Source: Haplodiscus bocki (lineage: Eukaryota). From it: a DNA stretch of 64,000 bases. A program made the position numbers and the translations under genes. Numbering within the stretch: position 1 is the first letter of the stretch; each line of letters opens with the position of its first letter. The notes under the pieces were generated by a model. That model saw only the letters and a list, made by a program, of their open reading frames with translations, was not told the DNA's origin and did not search any database. Shown piece by piece: positions 52,101 to 62,825 of the stretch. The DNA lies in contig OZ296648.1 in NCBI GenBank assembly GCA_965655095.1, positions 49,414,001-49,478,000 on the forward strand, written 5' to 3'.

Positions 52101-55100
52101 GGAGTAGTCAGCAAACCTAATCGTTAGTGACAGGATGCGAGTACTTTTCTCGTCGGCGGCGGTGCGTTTTATGCTTAGGATTCTTTATATCAGGTTAATC
52201 CTCTCACTACAAGAGTTTTCAATTTTTGACATCCACCAGCAACGGATGACTCGCTCATGTTTGAGATTCTTCGTTTGCTTCTATGTTCAAGGTTCACTCT
52301 CGTCAAATTTATTATCAGATGACTTGGTCCTTCTTTCGTCTGCTGACCGAAAAAACTACCACCTGAATATACAATTAGCCCCAATTCAATTTCAATGAAG
52401 TCGTCATCTGCTTCACGGACTGAACGACATGGTTCCGTCCGCCTCGTGTTTGTTGTTGATTCCCAAAACTGCCATTGCTTTGTATATCGACTTGTATCAA
52501 AGTCGATTTTGAGTTCAAGTATCATTTAGGGACTTATGTCAAGCGACGTGAAATTCTCGGTGTCAAGCTTCTCCGCGGTCCCAAAGGAGGGAACTTATTC
52601 CATGGAACTGCTTGATGTCGGAAAAGTTCTGTACGAAGTGCCTCTTACAAACATTGACAGAGACGCTCGCAACACCACGTAAGCAGCACTGTATTTTGTT
52701 ACTGCATGAGCCTATGAGTGTTGAGCCATCCCTATCAACTGGAGGTATTTTTTCCACTGATACTGATGGTCATTCTCTTACAAGAAAAATATCACAAGAT
52801 TCTGCTGGTCATTTTAATACCATATTTTCCTCGGAACGAAGCGATGTCGAAGTTCTCTCAGTGTTCAGAATTAAAGAGTACACGAAGTTGGTGCTATTAT
52901 GGCTGTGAAGATTTAGCTGAAAGCAAAATCATGTAATCCTCTTGTTGACTAGTGTTTGACCAGCTGTTTCGGCTTATCTATTTGGCATCCCAACAACATC
53001 ATATCATTTCTTCGAAAGATCATCAATTATATTGATGTAATTACAACCCTCAGAATCAAGTAGCGGTCCCATAATGTCCAAAGACATTTGCAAAAAGAGG
53101 CGGTTTGGGTTCAATACAGTGACAGCTTCATCAATTCGGGGGTGTTTTTCTCCGTCTAGGACACTCGTTACAATAGTCAACTCATTCTCTAACACCACAA
53201 TACAACAGTCAACTCATTCTCTAACACCACACTACAACAGTCAATTCATTCTCTAATTCCACACTTCTAACTGGGCCAGAAAAAGCTTTCCTCTGCTCTC
53301 AGATAGCTTTCTCGATGAGAAAATGACCCATACAAAGAAAATCATGAAATATTGGTAAAACATGAGGATTTTGAATTTCCGCAACGATGAGTTGCTTCAC
53401 TGCCTGTATGTTTTTTTAAAATGTTCCATCCTGTAAAAAAATCCGACTAAGGACTGCAAGGTTTCCGAAATTCCGCTAAAACCTCCAATGTTCCTTGGAA
53501 GTGCTGTCAGGTTTCGCTAATCAGAACTGTTTTTTTTTCTAGTCAAATGAGGCTATGAGACGCATTTTTGTCCTGTTTCTGTCTCATTAGAATGGTTTTT
53601 CTGTCCATTTGTCCATGCCATCTCTAACGTTGAAAAGAAAACTCGATCCTTCGTTTTCTCGTAACAGTGGCAAAGAACGATTTCATGGCATTGACTTCAA
53701 AGCCCACTAATTGAGAAAAACGTCATGCGGAAGGATTCTGCAGTTGTGGTTGATCTTGAAGTCAAATTGGCCCTGCTTCTCCGGCGATCTCGAAACAAAT
53801 TTTTTTTTAAAACCATAAAGTCAAGAGCTCTGGACCCATTGACAAAAGCAAACTTTCCAACCAGCCGGTACATGTCAAAATGATCTGTAAATATACGCCA
53901 CACCGAATAAAAAATGCTTCCCGGCAAAAGAGCTTCTATGACACAATAGGTGGCATGAGCAACAGCTCGATCCACTCACTCATATATTTGTGAAAATTAC
54001 GCTAATGATACGTCAGTGGTCAATGTGTAAACAACCCACCTGAAAAGGCATTCGAACAAAACCACTGTCAACGGAAATTTTTCAACTTGCTAGAATGCAT
54101 CAAGGCATTTTTTAGTCCCAGAATTATCTTTCTGCAGCAGTTAAAGTGGCTCTGAAGTATTTCGCAAAGCCGGAACAAACTTCCCAAAGAAACAAATCAG
54201 CCCAACATTCCTCGTATTTCTCTGAAGTTGTCGGGTGACTTCCTTTAGTCGACTGCCGCCACCTTTTCGTGATCAATTTCTCCTTCCAGAGACACGGTGA
54301 CCCAAAAATGCTTTCATCCTGGAAAAAACACTTCAAATCCTTATTTTCAGTCAATTTGCCGAGTCGTGTGAAATTTTGCTAAATAAGGTGCTAAGGCTAT
54401 TCAAACGATTTTCCAAAAATTATTTAGTTCAAAGAACGAGTTTTTTCTCAGACCGACAACGGAACATGAGTTTCATTAGTTTCTGGAATTAGAGCTAAAG
54501 CCAGTCCCATTGGTATCTTTTTCCACTTATAGAAGCCAACTGGCGCGACGAAACCTGCCAGATTCTGACCATATTCTATCCTGGTCACCTGAAAACAAAC
54601 AACATATTAACAAAGAACGGGTCAATCACATCAATTCCATGGAGAAGCCCAACAATTCTACTCAATCAGTTCAGTCAGACCACGCTAGTGTGCAACCAAA
54701 CGGCGTTTGCAATATTTCTATGCAACCAAGATGATTGGGGCTACGCATTTATATGTGCGTCAGTGTTATTAGATTTGCCCCCATCTTTCTAATTGCTTTC
54801 TTGTCAGAGCGCATGTTACTAGAAACAATCTAATGGATTTGCATCCGGCAGAAAGTGAAGCTGAAGTTCGATCTGATTATGGTAACTTTAGTCAATCGCA
54901 TTCTTGGGATTTTCAACAGATACTACTCTGTTGTTGATTTGACAAGTGTCTGGCATCAATCTTGACGTGTTTCTCAAGGTGAAATTTCCCTGTTTCTCGG
55001 CTTAGATTGTGCCTGCGCAAAAAAGACTGATGCTCATACTAAATGGCTTCAACAGTCCCGACACGGCAATTCGTATGTGAAAATGGAGAAATATAAATGA

Positions 55101-58100
55101 ATGTGCCCAAAGAAGTCCCACGGTATCTTCAAGTAAAGTTTGTGCTACCCACATCCGACAAGTCTTTTTTAAGCATTTTTTTAGGGATAACTAAAACCTT
55201 GGTAGCTATAAACCCTTGATTCTTCCGCATTCAGTAATTCAAATTGCAACAATTGCTCATTCCTAGCTGCAAGTCTGTGTTGAGTTAGCAATCAAAACCG
55301 TTGTTCCACTCGTATTCGGTCTTCTTTTCACTTCCACAATTCAGTTTGTTTTTCAGCATATGAAACTCAGTTCATTTGTATCCGATGTGTTATCACTTTC
55401 TGTCAAAAAATCCAATCCCAGTAGGCAAATAAAGGTGTCTACCGTTGAAACAAGAAACCAAAATTCGGGTGAGAAATTTCACAACTGAACAATTAACGCA
55501 GCTTCCTTCTTAACGGGCACTGGCGTACTTTAGCTGTGAGTATTTATCATTTAAAGGGCTTTTTCATCTTGTAGGATTCTCTAACACCACAGAATGCTAG
55601 TGATCTCAAGAACATGCAGCGAACTATTCAAACATTGCTTCCACTATTTCCTATTACGGTTGAGAGTTTACTTTGCATCTGCTGTGTCACGTAAAATACT
55701 TGTGTTGTCATGATTTCTACTGATTGCGTGATCCCAGTGGCCATATTACAGGTGGGTATAAGATTGGCCATTGTCACATCGGCTCCTTTCAGTTCACAAT
55801 GCCAATATTCTTGAAGTACCGAAAACTAATATAACTGAAAGATTTCACACTAACAAGCCCAGTGACCACGATGACTTCAGTTATTATAGCTATCATATTG
55901 AAATCCCACTTTCCGATCAGAATCAGAAAACGTCTCTCGCGACTGGGATGTTTTTTGTCTTCGCGAGGAGATTCCTGGGGGTTGGGCCCTGTATCTGCCA
56001 CCCCTGTCATTGTCACGTTCACGTTTTCTGATACCATTCACACGATACCCAATTCCTTTTCAACGATAACTATTTAGAGCTCCTCTTTCCGTAGTTGTTG
56101 CTCGAAGAAAATTGTGGCTGTCAATTCGCGAATCTTACGGGAAATAATGATTCAACAAGGACCCTCACATAACTGAGCAACCTTTGTGTTATCGATCTGA
56201 GGGACTGAAACTTTCAGGTGTCTTTCTTCAAGTCTGGTGACGGCTCCGAGATTGATCCATCAGTCAGTTCTGTGTTCACAAGGCTTTTTGAAATTTAGGT
56301 CTAACTCAAGTTGTGAATCCCCCAAGAGTCCAGCCACTATCAGATGATCACGAATCTCATTCAATTCTCCGTTAGCCTTTCAAAGACAAACATTGTAAAT
56401 AACTCAAACACGGTAATTTCTCTCCAGTTTGCTGCATTTTTCATGCCAGCGTTCCCCGCAACACCAGTAGTTTCAGTACAATGCGTTCTCGAAGCTTTAA
56501 TCGATTGAACATAATTGGCTTTTTGAGCAACCAAATAGTGCGATCCTTCAGATTATTCAACTTCGTTTCTTTCCTACATTTGGGTTCTGAAGATGACGCA
56601 AGATCTCAAGATGTATTATGTACCTCTCATTGTCACCAAAAACAGCGAGTCGTTTTGGTAGTAACATTTTGCAAGTACAAGTAGTAACAGTTCTACCTCA
56701 CCAAGCTCAGCTAATTGGATATCTTCAAATACTTCAGCAATTTCGTGAACCTCATGAAATTATTTACGGTCACTGTTTTTATGTTCTGTTGAAACTCGCA
56801 ACACAGATTTTCTTGGAGTGAGGAATGTGAAACCCGCGGATCTCCAGTCTTCGTTAAGTGTTTTTGGTGTCGAAATTCAGTGAGGTAAAAAGAATTGCCA
56901 AGACACAATGAAGTTGTACCGGATGTTGCCGAAATAGAGGTGAAGTTAAGAAGATACGAAAAAAGTTCATTTTTCGAAAATTCATCACTGTCACCAGTAG
57001 AACGTTCTCTCTAAACCTTATGAGATGAGAATGATACGAAAATTCCGAATTTACAACTGATGACTTGAAAAAAAATTAGAGAAAAGAACGTTCGGAGATG
57101 AAAACAGTTTTAGTACTAGAACGTTTCAAAAGCAACAAGCAAAATGCCCATTCATCACCACGCTAATATACAGTGTTTTCTTTCATCTGCGCTGAGCGAA
57201 TTATTTTTTTCTTCAAGTTAATTCAATGAAACCCGGCGGACTGGTGTTTCGAAGTATCAATGAAAATGAAAAAGATTTGAAAACCGAGGAGTTGTTAACC
57301 CCTGTATGATAATACTTGTCAAAGTCGGGAAAGTTTGTTACTATTTATACTGTTCGATCACAGACAGGACATTTCCCAAGAGTTCTCAAGGAATGTTCTG
57401 TCAAGTAACGTTAACGTTAGATTCTGTTGAAATAACGTTGGATCATCGAACGGTAAGAAATTACAATTTGCATTAATTTGTCCAGACTCGATCAACCCAA
57501 CAAATGTATTGGAAAGCTTTCCAAGATTGGTACTTTGGTCTCAAAAATTAGAGCTAAGCTTCTCTTGAATGATGGCTATATGTATCTCAGTTCCGATCTT
57601 CATCGGGTAGTTATTCCGCGCTTTTCAATGTTTACCAAACTTTCCTACCAGATATAGCAGTTGTTACCAGCTGCAATGAAGAGAAGTAATAGGTGGAGTT
57701 CTTAAAAGAGATAATGGTAGAACAATCAGCCTTTTCAATGTGCTTTGTAGTCGAGTTCACAACTGAACAAGATCCATTTTGAAACATTATTTTGCACCGA
57801 TTCCAGAAATTTCAAACTGCCTCTACTACGTTTCCAGAAAACTACTCTGTAGGAGATTAGAAGTGCTAGGTAGTTGCTGAGAAGATTAAATTTCAAGTGG
57901 CTAGGCGTCCTTCCGTTGAAAACATGTAGAAGACCATCATGGCTTTGCAGTTTTTTTGCATTTTTTCGTCCCAGTAGAAGTACGACGAAACGAGCACTTC
58001 GGGGCCTTATCGACGTCATTTTCCAGTAGCCAATGATTTCGTAGTCTAAGGTTCACCGTCCCCTTAAAGGACAAGGAGCTTACACTTCGATTAGTTAGGA

Positions 58101-60714
58101 CTCATATAGTTTGTTACTCTACTTTGATACCAAGGCAAGGTCAGTTTGTACAGATACGTCGTTCTTGCCAACTATTTTGAGGTAGTCAAGATAAATTAAA
58201 GACTGACATGATTCCGTCTGATTGGTCACTGACCTAGAGGACATAAAAACAGTGGTTCTTGAACGGACAATTGGGTGACCCCAAAGCTGATAGCAACTTT
58301 CATGGACTTCTGCGTGCCAAATTGTACAGGTTGCTTGTGGCTGCTAAAATAGCTTGCGATTAACTTCAATCCGTTTCCGTTGATGCCGCTGTCCAAATAT
58401 TCATTCACAAACGAAAATCGACTGTCGGTTGGCGAAAGCTCTGTTTTACGGTTTATCACATTAAAAAAAAACATTTATTTTGCGTCGTAATGCACCATAC
58501 GAAAAAAATCATAGTCTCCCTATGTACACTTTTTTATCCCGTGATTTACCAATGCTCGGTGCGTGGGCCTCGAAACTTTGGAAAATATTCGCTCCACATG
58601 TTCCTCCAGACACGTAAAATGCAGAATTGACAACTCAGTCATAAACCAAGAACTCAAAATTCGAAAAAAGTAAGGAAATCTCCCAAGAAATTTCAATAAG
58701 AATTCGCTATAAATGGTTCTTCTGGACGTAATATGAAGTTATTGACAAGACCAGGTTTCTCATTTACCGAAATTTTTTTTATAACATTCGTATTAAAGTT
58801 AACTATAACTACAAATTCCTTTCAACGATTTTTGGGATCAGTTTTTTTACTACTTTGCTTCCTCAGGAATTGAAAATCATAATTTTATTAGAAGATGTTT
58901 TCGCAGGAACACATCGTTCTCTGATACTCACATGCCAAAAAGGCAATAATTTGAATTTCCTGATGTTGACACTCACTCATCAAAACTACATGGTTCAATT
59001 CTTCTATCAAGGTCTTAGTCGACAGCCTTTTACTTAGGACTTTTCGAATATTATTAATCCTGACAGGCCGATAATGCCAATAATAACTACAGATCTCGGT
59101 TTTCAAACTACCAGCCGGAAATTTTGCATCAAAGTTGAATCGACAGCTCTTTACTTAAGGAGGATTATTCAATCGAAAAATAATCAATTTTGTTACTTCC
59201 GTCGGAATCTTGAAAGTGCAAAATCTGCAAAATGTGGTATTGACTTCGACATATCTCGATATTCAATGTCATATTTCTTCATAACTACTGGTGACTTCTT
59301 TCATCAAGTTACTGATTGACAACTTTCTGTTTGTAGAAGGGTTTTCGAATTGAGATTCCTTGATTCCTTTAACGATAAGCTCATTATTTTTTTGAAGTTC
59401 TCGGCTTGAATTCTTCGAACAAGGTCCCAATTGACAACTCTTTTTGGTCAAAATTTTTGTGAAATCATTTATTGCATGTTCGAGCAATTATTTCTACATC
59501 CCTTTGACGGGAAATAACGCAGTGCAATTGCGCCTACTATAATTCTAGTTTATCAGACCGTTAAGATATTCAAAAGTTTCTACAGAATCTTTTTAAGTTT
59601 CCTAAACTTCTTTTCAGCCAGAAAATGCAACAGAGGCGAAGCTGGACTTCGCAACACATTCTGACTTGTCAGCTGAGATCTAAGATCTTGAAAAAATAAA
59701 AAATCCTGAGATATATTTGATACTTGATCGGATACATGATGGACACTTTCAGAATTACTACACGAGATGTCTGTCAAAAGGGTTGTTCGATAAAGTCGAA
59801 ATAAAGCAAGAACCTGTAACAGTGTCTGATACTCGAAAAGTTGATCTGTCAATCATGTCTTTTCAGATTCGTTATTTTGCGACCCAATATTTGAAAGACT
59901 TACACAGTAAAGAACATTAAAATGAACAATACTATTTGCTCTAAAAAATGCGAGTCCTCAAAATCCCCATTTTTTGTCAAAAAGACGTCATGACACCTTG
60001 AAAAATTTTTAAATTCTCTGATGGCTTATTTAGCTTGAACCATTTGAGCTTGACCATTTTGAGTTCGAAAATTGTACATGTAACATTTTTGGGGCCACAT
60101 AATACACTGCCCACGGTCTCATATTTAAACAATTGTGAAACATTACCTTTTAGAACGCTGTTGTTCATTTTTCATACCAATTGAAAAATTTTGCTCTTCT
60201 CAGAATGCGAAAATAAACAAGTGCCAACCAAGATGCTTCAAAAAGGGTCGATTTTGACCGTTTACACTAGATGACTAGACTCTCTGATGACGTCACAAAA
60301 TGCAAGTTTTGGACAGGATAAAAAAACTACGCATAAGCCGGTTTCCACTACACCTTCTTCCCTTCAGTCACAATGTATAGTAAGGGTGCTCTACTCGAAC
60401 AATTTGATTTCATCAGTTCAAAAATTCATTTTGTAATGAACATGATAATACCTGAAACGCTCAATCAAATCCAAGTCGATGTCCACTCCAATTATTTGCG
60501 CAAGGTTCAGTATATTCTTATACATGATTAACATTTTGCATTCCGCACAGCCCAAATCGACAACACTTTGAATTTTATTCTTTTTGGCAATTGCCAATAC
60601 TGCAGCATATCTCTGTCGAAAAACAGGAGGTTCAAATTTGATTTCATTCCCTTTTTCTGCATCATCGCCTGCATTCTCGATTTCATCAGAAGTAGAGCAT
60701 TTGTCAACACTCAT
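42959..60714 (-). CDS. HENMT1: Small RNA 2'-O-methyltransferase HEN1 (HENMT1/Pimet). Spliced CDS join(60452-60714, 45583-45790, 44553-44721, 44116-44268, 43723-43961, 42959-43150) = 1224 nt, 407 aa
   Basis: Diagnostic Hen1 motifs in order: FEPPVFRQRY (FxPP), VVDLGCAE (SAM motif I), GVDID, IELIEHL (metal-binding E/E/H), TPNAEFN, RHPDHKFEWSREQFRQW, GGCSQMAVF, CYETVFDEFYPY. All five introns are GT-AG and phases 2,0,1,1,0 join without stops. The length is similar to animal HENMT1. Confidence 0.95.
43723..43961 (-). CDS. HENMT1: HEN1 coding exon 5 (VFDEFYPYDSR...GIAHL)
   Basis: Acceptor gtatttcag|TG restores the Hen1 Y-x-x-V-F-x-x-x-Y-P motif; donor TTG|gttaga. Confidence 0.85.
44116..44268 (-). 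CDS. HENMT1: HEN1 coding exon 4 (GFLDF...GGCSQMAVF...CYET)
   Basis: Acceptor ttttgtaacag|, donor G|gttaaa; 153 nt, symmetric phase 1; G-x-C-S/T-Q-x-x-V-F motif. Confidence 0.9.
44553..44721 (-). CDS. HENMT1: HEN1 coding exon 3 (VVVITTPNAEFN...RHPDHKFEWSREQFRQW...TQI)
   Basis: Acceptor ttgtttcag|, donor G|gtaaaa; TPNxEFN and DHKFEW motifs. Confidence 0.95.
45583..45790 (-). CDS. HENMT1: HEN1 coding exon 2 (YRAKPMM...SAIELIEHL...FGFIKPR)
   Basis: Acceptor ttgtttcag|C, donor AGG|gttaga; contains the ELIEH catalytic motif. Confidence 0.95.
46394..46462 (+). pseudogene. Degenerate tRNA-like sequence or SINE head
   Basis: A-box-like TGGTCTAGTCCG and B-box-like GTTTACGAATCCC at tRNA-like spacing; stems do not pair well. 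Confidence 0.3.
46600..47330 (+). mobile_element. BEL/Pao integrase C-terminal relic (antisense to HEN1)
   Basis: Remnants EMTLNSN (VExxLNSRP), MEITYTKLVCRM (EALTPNHFLxG) and KGDISLESRDQLP (GDLVLxxDDxLP), in order. Confidence 0.45.
50293..50660. repeat. Diverged 191-bp tandem duplication
   Basis: attcacctc at 50293 and 50484; shared ttccagcccaat.aactcgtatggtctc.tc..gcttctaatcacatta.aattga. Confidence 0.9.
53169..53264. repeat. 3 x 32-bp tandem repeat inside the Gypsy integrase region
   Basis: tacaa(t/c)agtcaa(c/t)tcattctctaa..ccaca units at 53169, 53201 and 53233. Confidence 0.95.
57450..58474 (-). mobile_element. 5'-truncated LINE (CR1/L2-like) RT relic in HEN1 intron 1
   Basis: GINGNGLKLIASYFSSHKQPVQF..FGVTQLSVQEPLFL (GVPQGSxLGPLLF region) and SRGSLKFLESVQNNVSKWIL..DYK (LExVQxxATKWI). 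Confidence 0.85.
58740..59450. repeat. Second patch of the decayed AAGGTCTCA-motif repeat
   Basis: Motif variants at 59009 (ctatcaaggtcttagtcgacagcc, cf. 19286 and 19655), 59131, 59306 and 59422. Confidence 0.5.
60452..60714 (-). CDS. HENMT1: HEN1 coding exon 1 (MSVDK...FEPPVFRQRY...VVDLGCAECKML...GVDIDLDLIERF)
   Basis: ATG at 60714; donor AG|gtatta at 60451; FxPP and SAM-binding motif I. Confidence 0.95.
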
Positions 60715-61627
60715 TGTCTGAAAAACGGTGAATTGAAAAAACTAATCGCAGTGATACAATCGTTGCATAAGTTGAAAACTATAGGCTCCAAAAAAATTTA
60801 GAGGGAAAATTATTCGATAATTAGGTTCCAGTGTTTCTGAACGGAAATTTGCTTCTCCTTTCATAACATTCTATTTAGAATACTATTCCGATGCATAGAC
60901 CAAGATTTCAATTGAAAGCCATTTTGGCGCACTTAATAATCCGACAGTTTTTTGTCCACAAAATTACTGGCATGGGCAATGCAGATGAGCAGAATCCATA
61001 TTAGAATACAGTAGAAGTTTCACAAAAAATGCTTGCGACTTGCTCGGTTGTCTCACAGATTGTTGTGACTATGTCACTGTCTCGAACATTTATTTCCCGC
61101 CCATATTTATAATCTGAAAGAAATCCACTCAAGGCGGTGCGTTTTTTAGGTTTCCTTGCTAATTGTCCGGGCAGAATGACCGAGGGACGATTCTGAATTC
61201 GAAAACTTCTTCATCACCAAAAAATGGCAAATAAGCCAGTGGTAGCCAGCGGTCTTGTATATTATTCCAGCAGGTATCCAATTTTGTTTTAACAAGACGC
61301 CTTCAAGGTTTTTGCAGATTTGATAGTTTAGTAATCTCTTCTAGTCTTTTGCTGCGTGTAATGTGGTGTTTCCTTGCTGCCATTTAAGTTGCCCTGCGAA
61401 GTTAACAACTAAATCGCTAACCTCTTCAAATTAACCGTCACAACACATTCAAAAGCCGTATAAAAACATATTCATAACAGAGGCGAAGCTGCACCACTTG
61501 CGTCACTGGAATGCTATTGAACAAATAGAATAAGTTGAACTGATTTTTGAAGGGACCTCGGAATTATGAAAACTATTGCATAACAATTAGAAAGTTATTT
61601 TGTATTTATATATTTATATACAAGTGT

Positions 61628-61665
61628 AACAAGTATGAACGGCTAGAGCCGTTAATTCTGTTCAT
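61628..61665. mobile_element. HINE-like left terminus (extent of the element unclear)
   Basis: AACAAG immediately followed by perfect hairpin AACGGCT-AG-AGCCGTT. Confidence 0.45.
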
Positions 61666-62145
61666 TTTCAAAACTGGGAGAGTCGGGACTTAAATACTTG
61701 TCTTTCAGGTGTTGATTCTTTGGTAAATCTGGATGAGAATTCTGCTTTAGCTGAACGGACAAGAGCTTCAGTTGCTTGTGTCACAACTCTTCTGGTTAGT
61801 GAAGACGAACCTTTCAACTATGGAAAAATTACTCTTCTGAGCGCAATATTTTACGCTCAGTATCATATTCCATTTAGTAAACATGAAAAATTACTTTATT
61901 CATTGGAAGTTTCTTGCTAAAAAGTTTGAATGTCAAGGAATTCTGAGTTCTCAATTCAAGTTAAACTGTCCTCCACTAAGGCATTTTGTTTCAGTATATG
62001 ACATTTCTTCCCTTCAAACACCTCCGGCCCGTTGATTGAGCGTGGAGAATTTCAAGTTTCAAGTTTTTGATTGAGCGTAATAAAATGGTCTTGGATAAAT
62101 GATCAAGGTTAGTTCTAGATTAATACCATTTGTATTCAGGGCGGG

Positions 62146-62825
62146 TCAATCCGTTGTTGATGGCAAAATATTTTCAAACATTTTAGTGAAAATTTCTGTG
62201 ACAATTGCGATGGGACGTTTTGGTAGTCTGTAAGAAGGAGCATTCGCTCCGTTTGCTAAGGCTTCGTCGTGACAACCTGCAGAAATTCCTCGGAGGCCAC
62301 ACGAGTCAGAACCTCCTAAGGCAGCATCTCCTTCAAAAAGACCCAAAGCAGAAACAGCAGCATGGTCCACACCAACACCGCGTCGATTTCGTGTTACTTT
62401 TTATTCGAAAGGAGGACGCAGAAACATTGATTTTCATCACTGATAGTGTTGACATCGTTGTGCGATTCGCAAAACTCCTTGTTGATTGAAAAAGCATCCA
62501 AGTAACATTGAAGCCAGGAGAATCGGGCGTTGGAATGACTTCAAAAGTTTAGTGGGCAAAATGAAAAAAACAAGTCCCACATTGTTGGAAGGCGTTATCT
62601 ATGTTTCTCGATATCTGGTTGCATGGTAATTTCATAAGTAGGGAAAGGTACAAAAGCTTCAACGCGAATAAATTTGTCAGTGAGCAAAATATTGCCTTGC
62701 TCGTTGACTAAAATCTCCTTCTCAAATAGATCGTTGAAGTTATTTGAGGGCTCCGTGTTTGATGACCACTGACTTTCAACAGAATTAGGAGTGAAAAACA
62801 AAAACAGAACAAAAAGCACTAATTA
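62146..62825 (-). pseudogene. env-like membrane-fusion glycoprotein relic of an LTR retroelement
   Basis: Signal-peptide-like LFVLFLFFTPNSVESQ; ectodomain with stops and frameshifts; furin consensus RNRR (62380-62391) followed by Gly/Ala-rich fusion-peptide-like GVGVDHAAVSALGLFEGDAALGGSDSCGLRGI. Confidence 0.7.

Larger units (their letters stand above)
47610..57400 (-). mobile_element. Decayed near-full-length Ty3/Gypsy element in HEN1 intron 1 (same orientation as HEN1)
   Basis: Diverged LTR pair (47800-47940 versus 57190-57350, e.g. gaa.cccgg.ggac...tgttt.gaa). Protease CLLGLDFL ~55410-55435; RT GFYKWKKIPMGLA ~54500-54540; KCFFQDE 54124-54354; RNase H DRAVAHA..FTDHFDMY 53697-53975; integrase MSLDIMGPLLDSEGCNYI 53004-53198. 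PR-RT-RH-IN order is Gypsy. Confidence 0.88.

Noticed and set aside
59629-61491. Exact 16-mer AACAGAGGCGAAGCTG on both sides of HEN1 exon 1 (59629 and 61476)
   Set aside because: On the order of one such match is expected by chance in 64 kb of AT-rich DNA, and the flanks do not align.
61224-61794. Divergent plus-strand gene (exon-like 61224-61273 MANKPVVASGLVYYSS and 61709-61794)
   Set aside because: The phases are incompatible (2 versus 1), no bridging exon or recognisable domain was found, and the second piece follows a HINE-like terminus.
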